Assembly: GCF_963921235.1 (NCBI RefSeq)
Contig: NC_086108.1
Location: 103,356,001 to 103,420,000 of the forward strand
Direction of reading: 5' to 3'
DNA from: Mobula hypostoma
Taxonomy: Eukaryota
Length of the DNA stretch: 64,000 nucleotides
The translations under genes and the position numbers were made by a program. Positions within the stretch are counted from its first letter, which is position 1, and the number at the start of each line of letters is the position of its first letter. The notes below the pieces were generated by a model. It was not told where the DNA came from. It did no database searches and was given only the letters and a program-made list of their open reading frames with translations. Positions 1-12,512 of the stretch are shown here, in pieces.

Positions 1-520
1 AAATAGGTGATGCATTTTGGAAAGTTGAACAGGGGTAGAATGAAAACCGTTAATGGTAGGGCACTGATTTATGTGGATGAACAGAGGGTCTGTGGAGTGC
101 ATCATTTCCTAAAAGGAGATAACATAGGTCATAGCACAGTGAAGAACACAAACAAGAGAAAATCTGCAAATGCTGGAAATCACAGCAATACACACAAAAT
201 GCTGGAGGAACTCAGCAGGCCAGGCAACATCTATGGAAAAGAGTAAACAGTCAATGTTTCAGGCCAAGACCCTTCATCAGGATTGTTTACTGTTTTTCAT
301 AGATGCTGCCTGGCCTGCTGATTCCCTCCAGCATTATGGTGAAGAACACAGTTGGCATGTTTGCTTTCACAGCTCAGGATACAGAAAAGTTGAGGCATTG
401 TATTGGAACTTCACAAATCACTAGTTCAACTGCATTTAGACAACTGTGTGCCATTCTGGTCGTTGCACTATAGGAAGGAAATAGTTGTACTGGAGAGACT
501 GCAGAGAAGTAGACAACAGG
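1..520 (+). mobile_element. Degraded CR1 LINE RT fragment, interrupted by a Penelope pLTR hairpin
   Basis: Remnants of CR1 motifs (MHFG; CVPFWSLHYRK, cf. CVQFWSPxxRK in the 50215-51879 copy). Confidence 0.7.
147..335 (-). mobile_element. Penelope pLTR-derived fold-back insertion with degenerate hammerhead motif
   Basis: Shares the terminal sequence of the RT-bearing Penelope at 33256. Inverted arms 198-252/281-335; target duplication gtgaagaacaca at 139-150 and 339-350. Confidence 0.8.
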
Positions 521-804
521 ATGAACCTATGGCACACATGTTCAAGATTTTGTTGACGCACAGCATGCAGTGTCACCCTCAATTCTCTAAACGCTATCCA
601 TAATAAAAAGGTACATAATGATTATCTTCACTGCCAAAATTAGAAACAAGTGATTTTTTTTCTTTACAAGCTGTGAATGCCTGTAAGAAAATGAAATCTC
701 CGAATAGTATATGGTGATATATACTTGGATAATAAATTTACTCTGAATTTTTAAAAAATTGGTTAAATACAAATTTCCATTTGATTAAAACTACATAAGA
801 AAGT

Positions 805-1506
805 TTCAGGTTTAAGTTTAATTATCATTCAAGCGTACATGAATACAGTCAAATGCAACAGCACCCCTCCAGGGCGAAGGTGCAAAGTATATTACCAACA
901 GCTCAGATACAGCACAAAACGTTATGATTTCAGAAAAAAAACATAGTCACAAAGAGAAAAAGAGTGATAATAATATAGCCCAGGTCCCTGAGTTGCCCGA
1001 GTCCAGCTTGTTACTACACCGAGCAAACTGCTGGAGAGAAGCAGTAATGGGAGGGCCAGCCCCCACATAGCATGAAATTCAGCAGTACGCAGCCGGCTGC
1101 CGTGTCTCCTTTACCTGTGGCCACCGAAGACGACTCCAAAAGCTTGAGGATTTTGTTCACACAACAACTGAGGCAACACAACTCCCCTTCCACCAGTGTC
1201 CCCAGTGAACCAGTGAACCGGACTTGCAGTATTTTCTGTTACCAATGTCGAACAGAGTCTTGCGATCACAATAAAAATGTGCAGGACAACCACACTACCT
1301 TGGCACAACGGTACACAAGTCCAGGTGACAACACAATAACAGCACGCAGTACGTCCAGCTCCATCGCTATCAAATAACTCGCTGATGGGGTGATGTTCTT
1401 AGTATCCAGCAGAGCCTTGCAATTGTAAAAAAGATGTAGAGGACGAACAAATACACCTTTGATTAGACCTGGAATGGCTGCTGTGTCCAAGCATGCTGCC
1501 ATTTTA
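805..1506 (-). mobile_element. Probable non-autonomous LINE-derived element (non-coding)
   Basis: Tail resembles that at 52395-52470; minus-strand 5' end AAAATGGCAGC resembles the AAGATGGCGGC head of the 15320-15965 element. Confidence 0.4.
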
Positions 1507-1633
1507 TCAAATCCAAACTTACTGTAACAGTGCCCAGCCAACAAAAATCTGCTGTGTAAAGAGAACCGATTGTGTGTTAAGCTGTGAATTAAAGACAGGA
1601 ACTATGATATAAGGAGACTAGTTCCACGTGGTT

Positions 1634-1639
1634 TTTATT
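1634..1639 (-). promoter_or_regulatory. Candidate distal polyadenylation signal AATAAA of ZZZ3
   Basis: Plus-strand tttatt; the last such hexamer before repeat-derived sequence begins (~1506). Confidence 0.45.
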
Positions 1640-1983
1640 TCTCACAGCTCTCCTGACAGTTGTACAGATCTGTATAAGAACATGTTGCATACACACAGAT
1701 ATGAGGCCAGAAAATGAAACCGTACAAAAATGTTCTATTCAATGCACAACTACTGGTAAAAACATTTGCAGCTGAAGCCCGTGCTCACTGCTGACTAGTT
1801 TCAATCAATCATTTAAATACATAGTAAAAATACAATCTTTCAGCAAACTGAGCTTATGTGCAGACTACAAAAAAAGGGAATTTATTATAATACTTGATTA
1901 TCTTTTATAGGCAGTTTTGTTAATGAGTTGTATGGCCAACTCTCATTTTATGGGATTATGGTAGGGGCTCTATTGAATTTGAA

Positions 1984-2036
1984 GTGAGTGGGTGTGTGTG
2001 AGTGTGCATATACACACAAACACACACACACACACG
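1984..2036. repeat. Adjacent (GT)n and (CA)n microsatellites
   Basis: gtgagtgggtgtgtgtgagtgtg-catata-cacacaaacacacacacacacac seen directly. Confidence 0.85.
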
Positions 2037-2734
2037 TGTATAGATATATAATGTATAATGTGTTGTACACTGTTGCTACCACTGTACTTAATTCACCATA
2101 TTTTTTGTACACATTACATAGTCGTTTTATATCACATTACATCTAAAAACACGTTCACTGACGACTGACTTGTATTCAAACTTCAACTGTGCAGCTTTGT
2201 TTGTGGGAAGGATGCGGGAGGGGTGGTTTCAAAGAAAAATGCAGCCGGGTTTTATTATCGTTCCCAAGATTCTTTGCCTCATGTAGTGCTTTGAGTTGTT
2301 GCTTGGTGGAGGGACTGAGAGATGGAAGGTGAGAGACCTACTTGGGAGGAGGCAGCTGGTTACGTTCAGCAGACCCAGCGCACTGGATCATAACTAGACT
2401 CAGCACCTCTACCATCAACTTTACTAGCTCATTAAACTCTCTTATATAAAACATAAAACTTCCCTTCCAACACCAAAAGGCAGCCTTCTCTTTGTGTAGG
2501 TAGGACTATATACTACACGACATAATAGCAAATCTAATGTATCATGTGGTTCCATAAATACTCATCTAAATAGACATTTATCTACATCATTTTATGGTTT
2601 AAGAGAACAGTCAGTATCACAGAAACCGATCTCGCCTTTGGAATTAAATGACTGGGCCTGCTAGTTCTGCAACCTTCAGATCTTCCCTTCCTCTTCCATC
2701 TCCATCAACAGAGAGCAACTGAACTTTGAGTGAC

Positions 2735-2897
2735 AGGGAGATAGAGAGAGGGAGGGGTGAGGGGACAGGGTAGGGGAGAGAAAAAGAGAGACGGGGAGGG
2801 GGGGAGAGGGAGAGGGGGGAGAGGAGAAGGGAGAAGAGGGAGGAGAGAGAGAGAAGAGAGAGGGGGGAAGAAAATGGGAAAGAAAGAGGAAGAGAGA
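2735..2897. repeat. Purine-rich (G/A) low-complexity tract
   Basis: ~160 bp almost entirely G/A on the plus strand. Confidence 0.9.
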
Positions 2898-3171
2898 ACA
2901 TGCGTTGAAGGCATCTCAAGGAAACATGTTGCATGTTAGGAATGTTCAGCTGCCATTGAATGGTTTATAAAGGACCACAGGGAGCATGGGGCCACAGTTG
3001 AGGATGCCCATTGAAGCCATCAGTTGTGGGCACACTTGAAACAGCAGCTGGACCCTTCTGATCCGTGCATGGAATCAACAAATGGAGCCTTCTTCATCGT
3101 GACGCACCAAAGAGCATGAATCAACGCCCACTAGGAGTTTGTTTTCTTCCTCCCCAACTATGCCCTCTTCG

Positions 3172-3316
3172 TCATCTGTTTGCTGGGAAGTAATTTGGGT
3201 CAAGGTAATTGTAACTAGTGTCCTGAGACATGCAGTAATCTCTGTCCAGAAATGTCTCAGCTCTGTAGATAGGGTCCAACTGATGGTCGCCCTTGTGAAT
3301 CTCTGTTTCATACAGG
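3172..3316 (-). CDS. ZZZ3: ZZZ3 last coding exon: (C)[47 protein letters not shown]
   Basis: Characteristic ZZZ3 C-terminus [10 protein letters not shown]. Acceptor ttccatgcag; TGA at 3174-3172. Confidence 0.95.
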
Positions 3317-3857
3317 CTGCATGGAAAGAGAACAAAAAGACAATAACCAACTTGGAACGATTTGAAACTGTACTTTAAACACAAGTCAACTTTAATTTCA
3401 ACCCCATTCTCCCGCCTTCTCCCCACTACCTTTATCCACCTCACCAAATAAGAACCCATCAATCACTGCCTTAACTGCATTCCGTGACATGGCTTCCACA
3501 GACCCCGTGGCAACAAATTCCACAGATTCACCACCCTCTGGCTGAAGAAATCCTTACTCAATTCAGTTTTAAAGGGATATCCCTTTGTTTTGAGTCTGTA
3601 CCCTCAGATTCTACTTATATGTAACGCCATATTCTGAATTCTGTTAATGTTTCTTGTCCCTTGTACCACCTCAGTGAACCAATGTGATGAAGTGACTGGT
3701 GTGATGACATGCAAAAAAAAAGATTTTCTATTGTACATCGCCACACGTGACAATAACAAAATCAATTTACCAAATTAACTTGTTGCATACATATACAAAG
3801 CTGCTGTGGTAAAGACGAACTCAAGCTCTAAGACCAATTATTCTACTGGACTGAGCA

Positions 3858-4056
3858 ACATAGACAAAATTCTAGAGAAAACCAACAAGCCAGGCAACGC
3901 CTATGGGCAGGAATAAACAATTGTCATTTTGGGTTGTGACCCTTCCTTAGGATGGAAATATTTATTTCCCTCCATAGGTGCTGTCTGATCTGCTGAGTAC
4001 CTCCAGTATTTTGTGTGTATTACTCAAGATTTCCACCATCTGCAGAATTTCTTGTA
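3858..4056. mobile_element. Old, degenerate Penelope pLTR fold-back insertion
   Basis: Diverged inverted arms similar to 147-335, with the terminal extension on the right. Confidence 0.6.
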
Positions 4057-5859
4057 ATTATATTCTGTTGGATTGAGTGCTCCAGATTCAATCTTCCGTG
4101 TGAACAAAAATATTGAGTTTGCTTGCCAGTGGAAATCATCTGCCCAACTTGAGAACTTGCTCAGCCATCAGGGTAGCATCAAATGCTGGAATCTGTGGTG
4201 AAGGATTTATTTACAGAACAGTAAATTTGATCCCTCAACCAGTCTCTTCCAAGTTACATGTCCATTAAGGGGTACATTTTGGACTGAATACAAAAACAAG
4301 GACATCGTGCTTCAAACACCTTTATGAACATCTGTTTTTAGGCTTCACTGCAGTATTGTGCTCACTGCAGATGAGGCCCCGAATGACAGCACGAGGGAAG
4401 GTTACCATAATGCTAGGGATGAGGGGGTTCAGTCACATGGTATTTTTGGCAGAATTTTTTGACACCAGGTAGCTTAATTCCTTTGCCATTTTCCTATTCT
4501 CTAGTATAAATAATTCTGCTCTTAGTGCAGAAGACCTGCAAAGAGGGCAGCAATTCTTGCCCTCAGTATTTTTTTTTCTTTTTACCATTCAGTGATCATC
4601 ATAGATACAACAATTGAAACAAATGAGAGAACATCCTCTTTGATGCACATAACAGAGTAGCATCTGTTGAATGGTCAATTCTAGTTAGGTTGGTAGTGGG
4701 TGAAGCAGGGAGCATATATGCAGAAATCAGACAAGCATGTAGCAACCTAGGTGGCTCCAATAAACGATTTTAATCTTCGTGTAGACTTGTAAGCTGTAAA
4801 GTTTAACTCATGACTGAAAATAGTGACCTTTCAAAGTGTGCTCAGAATAGGTGACTGCAGTAGTCTATCCTAGAAATAACAAAGGGCAGCATTCAATAGA
4901 TTTAGTGATGAATGAGGGACCAGATCTAGCTAACATCTCAACACTGTACATCAAGTGTAAACCAAAAAATTAGTGAAACCAACAAACAAAATTAAGTGAA
5001 AATTAAATAAAAATAGACAATGGTGGAGATATTTAGAGAGGATCTCTGGGGTGAGAAACAACACGAACATTTCAGATCAATGACCTTCCACCAGAACGAG
5101 GAAAAGTTGAAATTGAACTGTTTAAAGTTGCAAAAGGAGGGTGGAAGGAATGTCTGTGTGGGATTGGGGACCGTGAATGACATAATGAGATGTTGCTGAG
5201 AGAGGGCGGGCAAGGCTCATTAATCCCTTAGTTCAATCAAAACTTTCTTCCATAAACATGATCTAAAAGTGGTTGTTGCAAAGGGAGGCACGTAAAACAA
5301 GAGCAGATATTTTACAGACATAAGGGACTGCTGGAATTTGCAGCAACAATCTGCTGAAGGAACTCAGCAGATCAGACAGCATCTACGGAGGGAAATGGAA
5401 GAACCATTCACTTAATGTTACCTTAAACCCAATAGTTTGGAATCTAGGTCTGGGCAAGGGCAACCACTGAACAATGGAAAAGAACTTTTCCATAATAAAT
5501 TTATCCATAATAAATATGTAGAAAAGATAAACGAACAGGAAAAGCAGTTGAGATATTCAAAATATATATTTAACATGATGAGAACCAATTTATGCCCAAA
5601 AGAACAATCGTGGATGACAGAAGAGGTAATGGACAATGTAAAAATCAGAGGTAAAGAATATAAAGAGAGTCCACAACTACAGAAGGGCCTGGATACGAGA
5701 GATGATAGGAAGAAAATTACTGACCAAAGTATGGGTTCTGTTTCAGGTTTCAGGTCTCCTGTGTATTTCCACTAATTTTCCATACAGATTGCAAAGTACC
5801 TTTACACAATAAGTTATGTGCAAACAGCCACAGGACTGAGTGCAGGTTAGATAACTTAC

Positions 5860-5960
5860 CAGTCCGAGCAACTGTCACAGAAATCTACCGAGTTGTCCTG
5901 TGGGCAATCTTGACAATGCCATCGTAATCCAAGAATTGGCTCCATGCCACAGTTATCACA
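5860..5960 (-). CDS. ZZZ3: ZZZ3 coding exon (101 bp), ZZ zinc finger core: [33 protein letters not shown] + TG
   Basis: Manual translation; three CxxC pairs in ZZ pattern. Acceptor ttgtcag, donor gtaagt; ends in phase 2. Confidence 0.95.
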
Positions 5961-6247
5961 CTGACAATAAAAAATCAGATTTAAAATTATGTGAGAAGAG
6001 GTAATCACTTATTGCAGTACAACAGCCGCACATGTTCACTGCAGGATCACATGCTACAAAAGAAAGAGAAACAATTACCAGCAACCAATACTGGAACAAA
6101 CAGTACCAGGAGCAGATCAGTCAGCAGTACATCGAATCACACTGCAAGGGCAGGCACACCGAGCCTGCACCGAAGAGCCTGTTACACCGGTGATGTCCCA
6201 TTTTTATTTCCCCCATAATCCCACAGTTGGCTCTTTAAGTTTGTTAT

Positions 6248-7097
6248 AGCCGGGAGAAGTAATGGGGATAAGCTCCCACTACCTATTAAATGTTCCTAAT
6301 GGCATGAGCCTCAAATCGCCTCTGACAACCAAGTCCAGCCCTTAGCCTTCACATCTGGTTTAGCTACTAAGCCCGGTGGCAATGTTTCTACTGTCAGAAG
6401 AAGGGGCAAAGACTGTTACTGGCGCCTTTAAACCAGTAGCTTTGGGCAGATGGAGCTCACCAACCACAGTTAAACATAGAAACAGAGAAAACCCACAGCA
6501 CAATACAGGCCCTTCGGCCCACAAAGCTCTGCTGAACATGTTCTTACTTTAGAACTACCTAGGCTTAACCATTGCCCTCTATTTTTCTAATCTCCAAGTA
6601 TCCATCGAGGAGTCTCTGAAAAGACCCTATTGTTTCCGCCCCCACCACCGCTGCCAGCAGCCCATTCCACGCACTCACCACTCTGTGTAAAAAAAACTTA
6701 CCCCGACATCTCCTCTGCACCTACTTCCAAGCACCTTAAAACTATGCCCTCTCGTGCTAGCCATTTCAGCCCTGGGAAAGTTGGCAGCTCATCTGGAAGA
6801 AGAAACTCTGATGTCTAACCTCTACTGCCTTGCAGCTACACCCACTCATGGGAAGGGCTTCGGAAGTAAACCCTGAGGATAAAATCTGGAGCTGGAGTCC
6901 CTAAGTCAGTCCTACGATGAGTTCAACGCCAACTGGCAAAATATATTGGTCTCTGCCTTTCCTTTGGCTTCATCAGATGCGGAGAGGCGGAGCTTGCTAC
7001 ATGGGCAACAGCTTGTTCTCCATATTGTGCTGTCCTGGTTTTGCGTACCTAGACAGCTAGGACACAACACCCATGGTGGACCCTGACTGACAGGCTA
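6248..7097 (+). mobile_element. Non-coding interspersed repeat (possibly RTE-related), split by a CR1 3' end at ~6473-6779
   Basis: 6440-7095 aligns by eye with the reverse complement of 12830-13160. The CR1 insert begins with the aaacatagaaac tail. Confidence 0.5.
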
Positions 7098-7214
7098 GCT
7101 ATATTCCAAATAACTCCCTCAAGGCTGTACCACTCATGGACACACTACGGCAATATTTTGTAAAGGCAAGACAACATACTGCTTAACAGGGAATGCTTTC
7201 ACTTTTTACATACT

Positions 7215-7430
7215 GGTTTATTTTATTTAGTGATACAGCACAGTAACAGACCCTTCCAGCTCAATGTGCCCGCACTGCCCAAGTTACACTCGTGACCAAT
7301 TAACCTACCAACCCATAGGTGGTCTTTGGGACGCGAGAGGAAGCCCACACAGTCATGGAGAGATTATACAAACTCATTTCAGACAGTGACAGAATTGTAC
7401 CCAGATTGATGGCACTGAAACAGCATTATG
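7215..7430 (-). mobile_element. V-SINE-like element (HE1 type); further copies at 27610-27870, 28675-28915, 32500-32660, 40570-40810
   Basis: Reverse-complement V-domain-like motif (ggaaaccggagcacccggaggaaacccac...caaactcc) plus a CR1-like tail. Confidence 0.65.
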
Positions 7431-7455
7431 CCCCAATTCTCGAGTCAGATAGAAA

Positions 7456-7654
7456 ATAATATAAATACATCTACAGCTAATTAGCAGGAATCTGCAATTA
7501 GTATATTCATCAACACCACCTCTATCACTGGGCCAAAGTGGGATGGTAACTACATAATATAAATACATCTACAGCTAATTAGCAGGAATCTGCAATTAGT
7601 ATATTCATCAACACCACCTCTATCACTGGGCCAAAGTGGGATGGTAACTACATA
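7456..7654. repeat. Perfect 98-bp tandem duplication
   Basis: 7456-7553 is identical to 7554-7651, with 3-bp ATA microhomology. Confidence 0.95.
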
Positions 7655-8374
7655 TTATTCGCCTTTCCTCCAGGGAATGCCACTGCTCCATCTAGATATA
7701 ATCACCTGGAAATTCAACCACATAGTTCCTTTTCTTGCCCGCGCACCCCCCCCCCAAACGCAAGTATATATCTATTTTTTCACAAAATGAAAAATGATTT
7801 CAAGATTCACAATTTGACAGAGCAAGTCATGTCAACAGTCACCCATGTGCCTCCAGTGTGATTTCCACTTGAGGATATAATTCCCTCTACAATATTGCTT
7901 GCGGATCGTGCAGGAAACTTGGGCCATGTTGCTCCTGTGATACCTGTCACTGGTTATGCCTAGGACAACATATAGGAAGGGAATGAATGCACTAGACAGG
8001 GCACAGAAGAGATTCACCAGGATGATGCTCAGAATGGGGTACTTCAGTTAAGGAGGACAGACTGCATTAGTGGGCTGGTTTCCCTTGTCACTTTCAATAA
8101 AACCTTTTTTTTTTGTGGCTTTACATAGGAAAAATCATTTTGCAAATTCACATTGTGGTCACAGAGTGTCATTCACCTGAGCAGCAAGAGACTACGATGT
8201 GCAAAACATCACTTAGCACTGCAGCACCAAGGAATTCTTCCTCCAGCTTGTGACCAACAATTCCACTTCTATTCCTCATTCACTGAGGACATTCACAGGC
8301 TTTCTAATTGAGGCTTTACCCCAGTGATCAAAGGGTAGGGAGTGGGGTTCAAAATACACAATGCTTCAACCTAC

Positions 8375-8509
8375 CTTATACCCAATATGTTGTACAAAAC
8401 TGCTTTCCCCCTGTATTAGCTCAAGTTTCTGTTTCCGCAGTTTCTTCAAGCATAGCAACTCTTTGTATTCTGCCATGTGTCGACACGAAGGTGGAATACT
8501 TTCTTCATC
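8375..8509 (-). CDS. ZZZ3: ZZZ3 coding exon (135 bp): [45 protein letters not shown]
   Basis: EYKELL...FVQHxGxK, leading into the ZZ finger. Acceptor ttttttcag, donor gtaggt. Confidence 0.95.
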
Positions 8510-8849
8510 CTGAAAAAACAGACAAGAAATGCAAGCTGAAAAAAGAACTGGCAGATCAGGTACCATTTGTGGGGAGAGAAAGAGTTAGCTTTTCTAGTGG
8601 ATGGCCTTGCATTAGACATAGAAAGAGAAAGTACCTGTAGTTTGTACTTGGTATTAAGAAAGGCCATACTGGTCTCACTCTCTAAGAAGGGTGGGGAGAA
8701 GCTTTGTTGCGCTCTGGAATTCTGTACGGTGAGCTGTAGGCTCATTCGATGTGACCTGTCAGCAACTGATACTGGCATGAATGGGCCACAACTGGGAGAG
8801 CAACTGACAGTCCAAAATGGATTATACTGAGCTTTAAAAGTACATTTCT

Positions 8850-9180
8850 AAGCAAGGATGTTCCTATAGTGGGGAAGCCTTAGACCAGAGGGCACTGCCT
8901 CAGAATAGAAGGATGTCCCTTTTAGAGACGAGGAGGAATTTCTTAAGCCAGAGGGTGATGAATCTGTGGAATTCACTGCTGCAGATGGCTGTGGAGGCCA
9001 AGTCACAGAGTATATTTAAAGCAGGGGTTCATAGGTTCCAGATGAGTAAGAATATCAAAGGTTATGGAAGAAGGCAGGAGAAAGGGGCTAAGAGGGACAA
9101 TAAATCAAGCATGATGGAATGACAGAGCAGACTCAGTGAACCAAATAGCTCAATTCTACTCTTAAGTCTTATGGTCTAAG
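8850..9180 (+). mobile_element. CR1 LINE 3' end (similar ends at 11950-12170, 20945-21235, 29270-29580, 30350-30690, 52800-53460)
   Basis: RRNFxSQRVxNLWNSL ORF2 C-terminal motif plus CR1 3' UTR. Confidence 0.8.
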
Positions 9181-12100
9181 AAATGCCAGCCTTTCCATTA
9201 TCCGCAAGCCTCATTTCAGGTAGTGAAGTACATCCAGATGGGTGTAAACACAGAAATATTTAAGAAGCACAGCACTATTCATGATTCTTCATCTGATATT
9301 ATTGCTCCAGACTCAATACTTACCCGCCTATCACTGGCACAGCACGTGATGCAAGACCAACAGGTCACACGAGTCCTTCGTCATCACCTCCTACCCTTGC
9401 AATTTTTAAAAACCAACCTTATTATAGTCCCTTTTCATGACTGCAATACGCATCAAAGTAGTTTATTGCCAACTGCTTCTGACATGCATTCACTCTTATG
9501 ATGTATTTGTGCAGTGTCCAATGTGATAATAACAAACAGCATGACAATGTTCAGGTAACAGGCCATCTGGGACAGTGGGTGAAGAGTCCCGTACAGCTTT
9601 GAAATAGTGCCAAATGATTATCACTAAGGGTCTCGTCCAAAAATGGCAATGGGGCACCCCCCCTCGACTGTAATTCCCCTCGTCAGGGAATTATGCACTC
9701 TGCATTTTGCCCACAACCTACACTCTCTGTCCTGGAGATGCGACTGCCAGTGTTCAAGCTTAACTATACAGGGGCAACATGATGAGAATGAGAAAGCACA
9801 CGTCAATAAAAATGCAGAACATGTAGGAAAGTGTGTCAAAAATTTACAAACTGTCTATTTTGCATGTTCAGTTACTTCCGTAAAACTTTGGACATTGCCA
9901 CAATATATCCATTCCACAAGTTTTAAAATTATTTTATATACCTCTAATTATATTGTCAAAATGAAAAGTATTAAAAAATTGTAAAACAAAACCATTTGTA
10001 AATGGACCAACAGATGCAGTATTAAACCATACAGAGCATTCAAAGCCTGATTTGTCCACCCAACAAATCAGGCTGAGGAAGAAAAATGTGAGCCAGGGGT
10101 AAAATAATCCCAAGACGACAGTGCACAGAAATGGAACTCGGGTGAGGCATAGAAGAGGTCAATAGTCATGAAGTTGTAGTAAGACAAGGCTAACACAATA
10201 TCCAGGCAAGGAGAGACTGCAGATAGAATGCTGGTGGCCCTTATAAGAAAGGACTTCGAAGAGCATCACTTCCCTTTGAACACTGGGGTCTAGACACGAT
10301 AAATGATCCAAGGCACACACAACTAAAACAATTGCTTTACAAACTTCAAAGTATCACTGGTGCTCAGCTTGTAGTTTCTACTGACTTTTAACATCTCTAT
10401 CATGAATGACAATTGATTTTGCAAGTAAGATACACAAGCATATGCAACTTACAAATGGTCATTATCTGCAACTGATAAGCCAATTCTCGATAAAAGAAGT
10501 ATTTTTCTGTCCAGGCCACAGAACACTGTGGTGATAGGGGCCATGCTGCTCTTCTTGTGCACAAGTAAAATAAAGTGTAATTGAGCCATAAGCATGCATG
10601 TGTTCCGAGTCCCATTAGTTTATTTCATTATCGGAGATGATAGGAACAGTTTTAATAGATGGGGGCCTAAGACTTTGGCACAGTACTGTATTTGTCAACG
10701 TGGAGTGGAGAGCAAGTTTGTAAATCTTGATGGGAGGAAAGGATATTGGGAATAGCACTGCAGGAGGGGTAAAGGACAGGTGGCAGAGAAGCAGTGCTGG
10801 GGCGAAGGGTGGTGCAAATGCAGACACACCCAGCCTGAGACACTGGACAAGGCTATTTGATTCCAAACAATTGATTTATTTAGCATTACAGTATACCCCT
10901 TCCAAACAATGATTCCCCTCTCCATGACCTCTTCGCACTCTTTATCTGTATATGCAGTGGATGGGGGCTTTGATTATGTTGGTTACTTTACTGAGGCAGG
11001 AAAAAGTGTAGACAGAGCCTGTGGAGGGAAGGCAGGCTTCTTTGATGTGGCAAACTGTATTCATAACTCTGTGGATTTTCTTGCAGTCATGGGTAGAGCA
11101 GTTGCCATATTAAAGCACGATGCATTTGAATAGGATACTACAATGGGTTCTATTAATTTTCTACTGTCTTAAATTCTTGGTGACAAGATTCTGGGATATA
11201 TGAGTTGATTGCTAGTGTCTGTCCAAATTCAGGGCTTTCATCCTTCAAAGGATAACATCAAAATCCAATGCTTTATTAAGTACAGCAGCAAGACTTTTGC
11301 AATAATATCCAACATAATTTATCATTTCTCTTACTTTCATATAAAGGACTTGAAAGAAAGATTAAGGTTGTGACAGTTTATATTCACTATACCTTGAAGT
11401 AAGGCAGGAGACGTGTACAGGACTGCTAAAGAGATTGGACCCAAGAGAATGAAACTGTTTCCTACTTGGCACTGATGACAGACTCAGGAAATTCAATAAA
11501 CAGACAAAGCTTTGATATTAACGCCACTTAAGTGTTGTGGAAGATTTTCTGGAACATTTGTCCAAGAAATGGAAAAAAAACTATCAAAGGGAGATTGCAT
11601 CTTCAATTGAAGAATTGAAGACTTTGTATAAAGTACAAACATTCTATTTACTTTGTAATAATTTTAGACAGAGCAGGCTTGTAAAGGAAGAGACAGGATT
11701 TAATGAATAGGGACACAGTGTAAGAACAAAACAGTAATGATAAACATACAAAACTAATCAGGTCACAGTCAGAGAAAGCACTGTGCATATTTACAAGCAG
11801 TATAAATCACAGAACATACATTGTACCTTTCTGTATGAGACCTTGTTTAATTTCTCCAGATATATTAGAACTCATTACTCTAGCCTAGCTTAAGAATTGA
11901 ATGTTTTGGGAGAGGCTTGGAGGCATTTGCATATTAGTATTCTGTGAGTCTTTCAGGGCAAGAGTGATGAATCTGGAATTCATTGCCACAGACGGCTGTG
12001 GAGACCAAGTTACTCGGCATATTTAAAGCGGAAGTTGATAGGTTCTTCATTATTAAGGGCGTCAAAGGCAGGAGAATGGGGTTGAAAGGGATAATAAATC

Positions 12101-12319
12101 AGCCACAATGGAATGGAGAGCAGACGAGGAGCAGAATAACCTAATGCTACTATTATGTCTTACGGACCTGACCATAATGTTCAGTGTTGAATAACAACAG
12201 CTATGAAGTGAGACTTCTGTTAAAGGGAATGTTTCGACAGAAACATTAACAAAAAATAACTTAATATTCTTTATTCTCCCCCACTACGATCAGGATCTTG
12301 AAGAAACTGACAAACCTAA

Positions 12320-12512
12320 AATATGAAAATATCTGCAGATGCTGGAAATCCAAAGCAATACACAGAAAATGCTGGAGGAACTCATCAGGCCAGGCAGTAA
12401 CTATGGAAAAGAGTAAATAGTTAATGTTTCAGGCTGAGATTCTTCATCAGTACAGCTTACTTTTTTCCATAGATGCTGCCTGGCCTGCTGAGTTCCTCCA
12501 GCATTTTGTGTG
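12320..12512 (-). mobile_element. Penelope pLTR-derived fold-back insertion
   Basis: Same structure and junction register as 147-335; inverted arms ~12361-12420/12451-12512. Confidence 0.8.

Larger units (their letters stand above)
1610..3171 (-). other. ZZZ3: Probable ZZZ3 3' UTR
   Basis: TE-poor sequence downstream of the stop codon. Minus-strand AATAAA at 2251-2256, 1881-1886 and 1634-1639; the exact end is unknown. Confidence 0.55.

Noticed and set aside
2644..2939. Leu/Ser/Pro-rich and Arg/Gly/Glu-rich ORFs
   Set aside because: Translation artefacts of the purine-rich low-complexity tract.
3120..3174. Possible stop-codon readthrough of ZZZ3 (TGA followed by C; short extension to the next TGA)
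   Set aside because: Only the +4 C matches leaky contexts; no CTAG motif and no conservation evidence.
5437..5775. 112-aa plus-strand ORF next to the ZZ exon
   Set aside because: AT-rich intronic sequence antisense to ZZZ3, non-ATG start, no recognisable domain.
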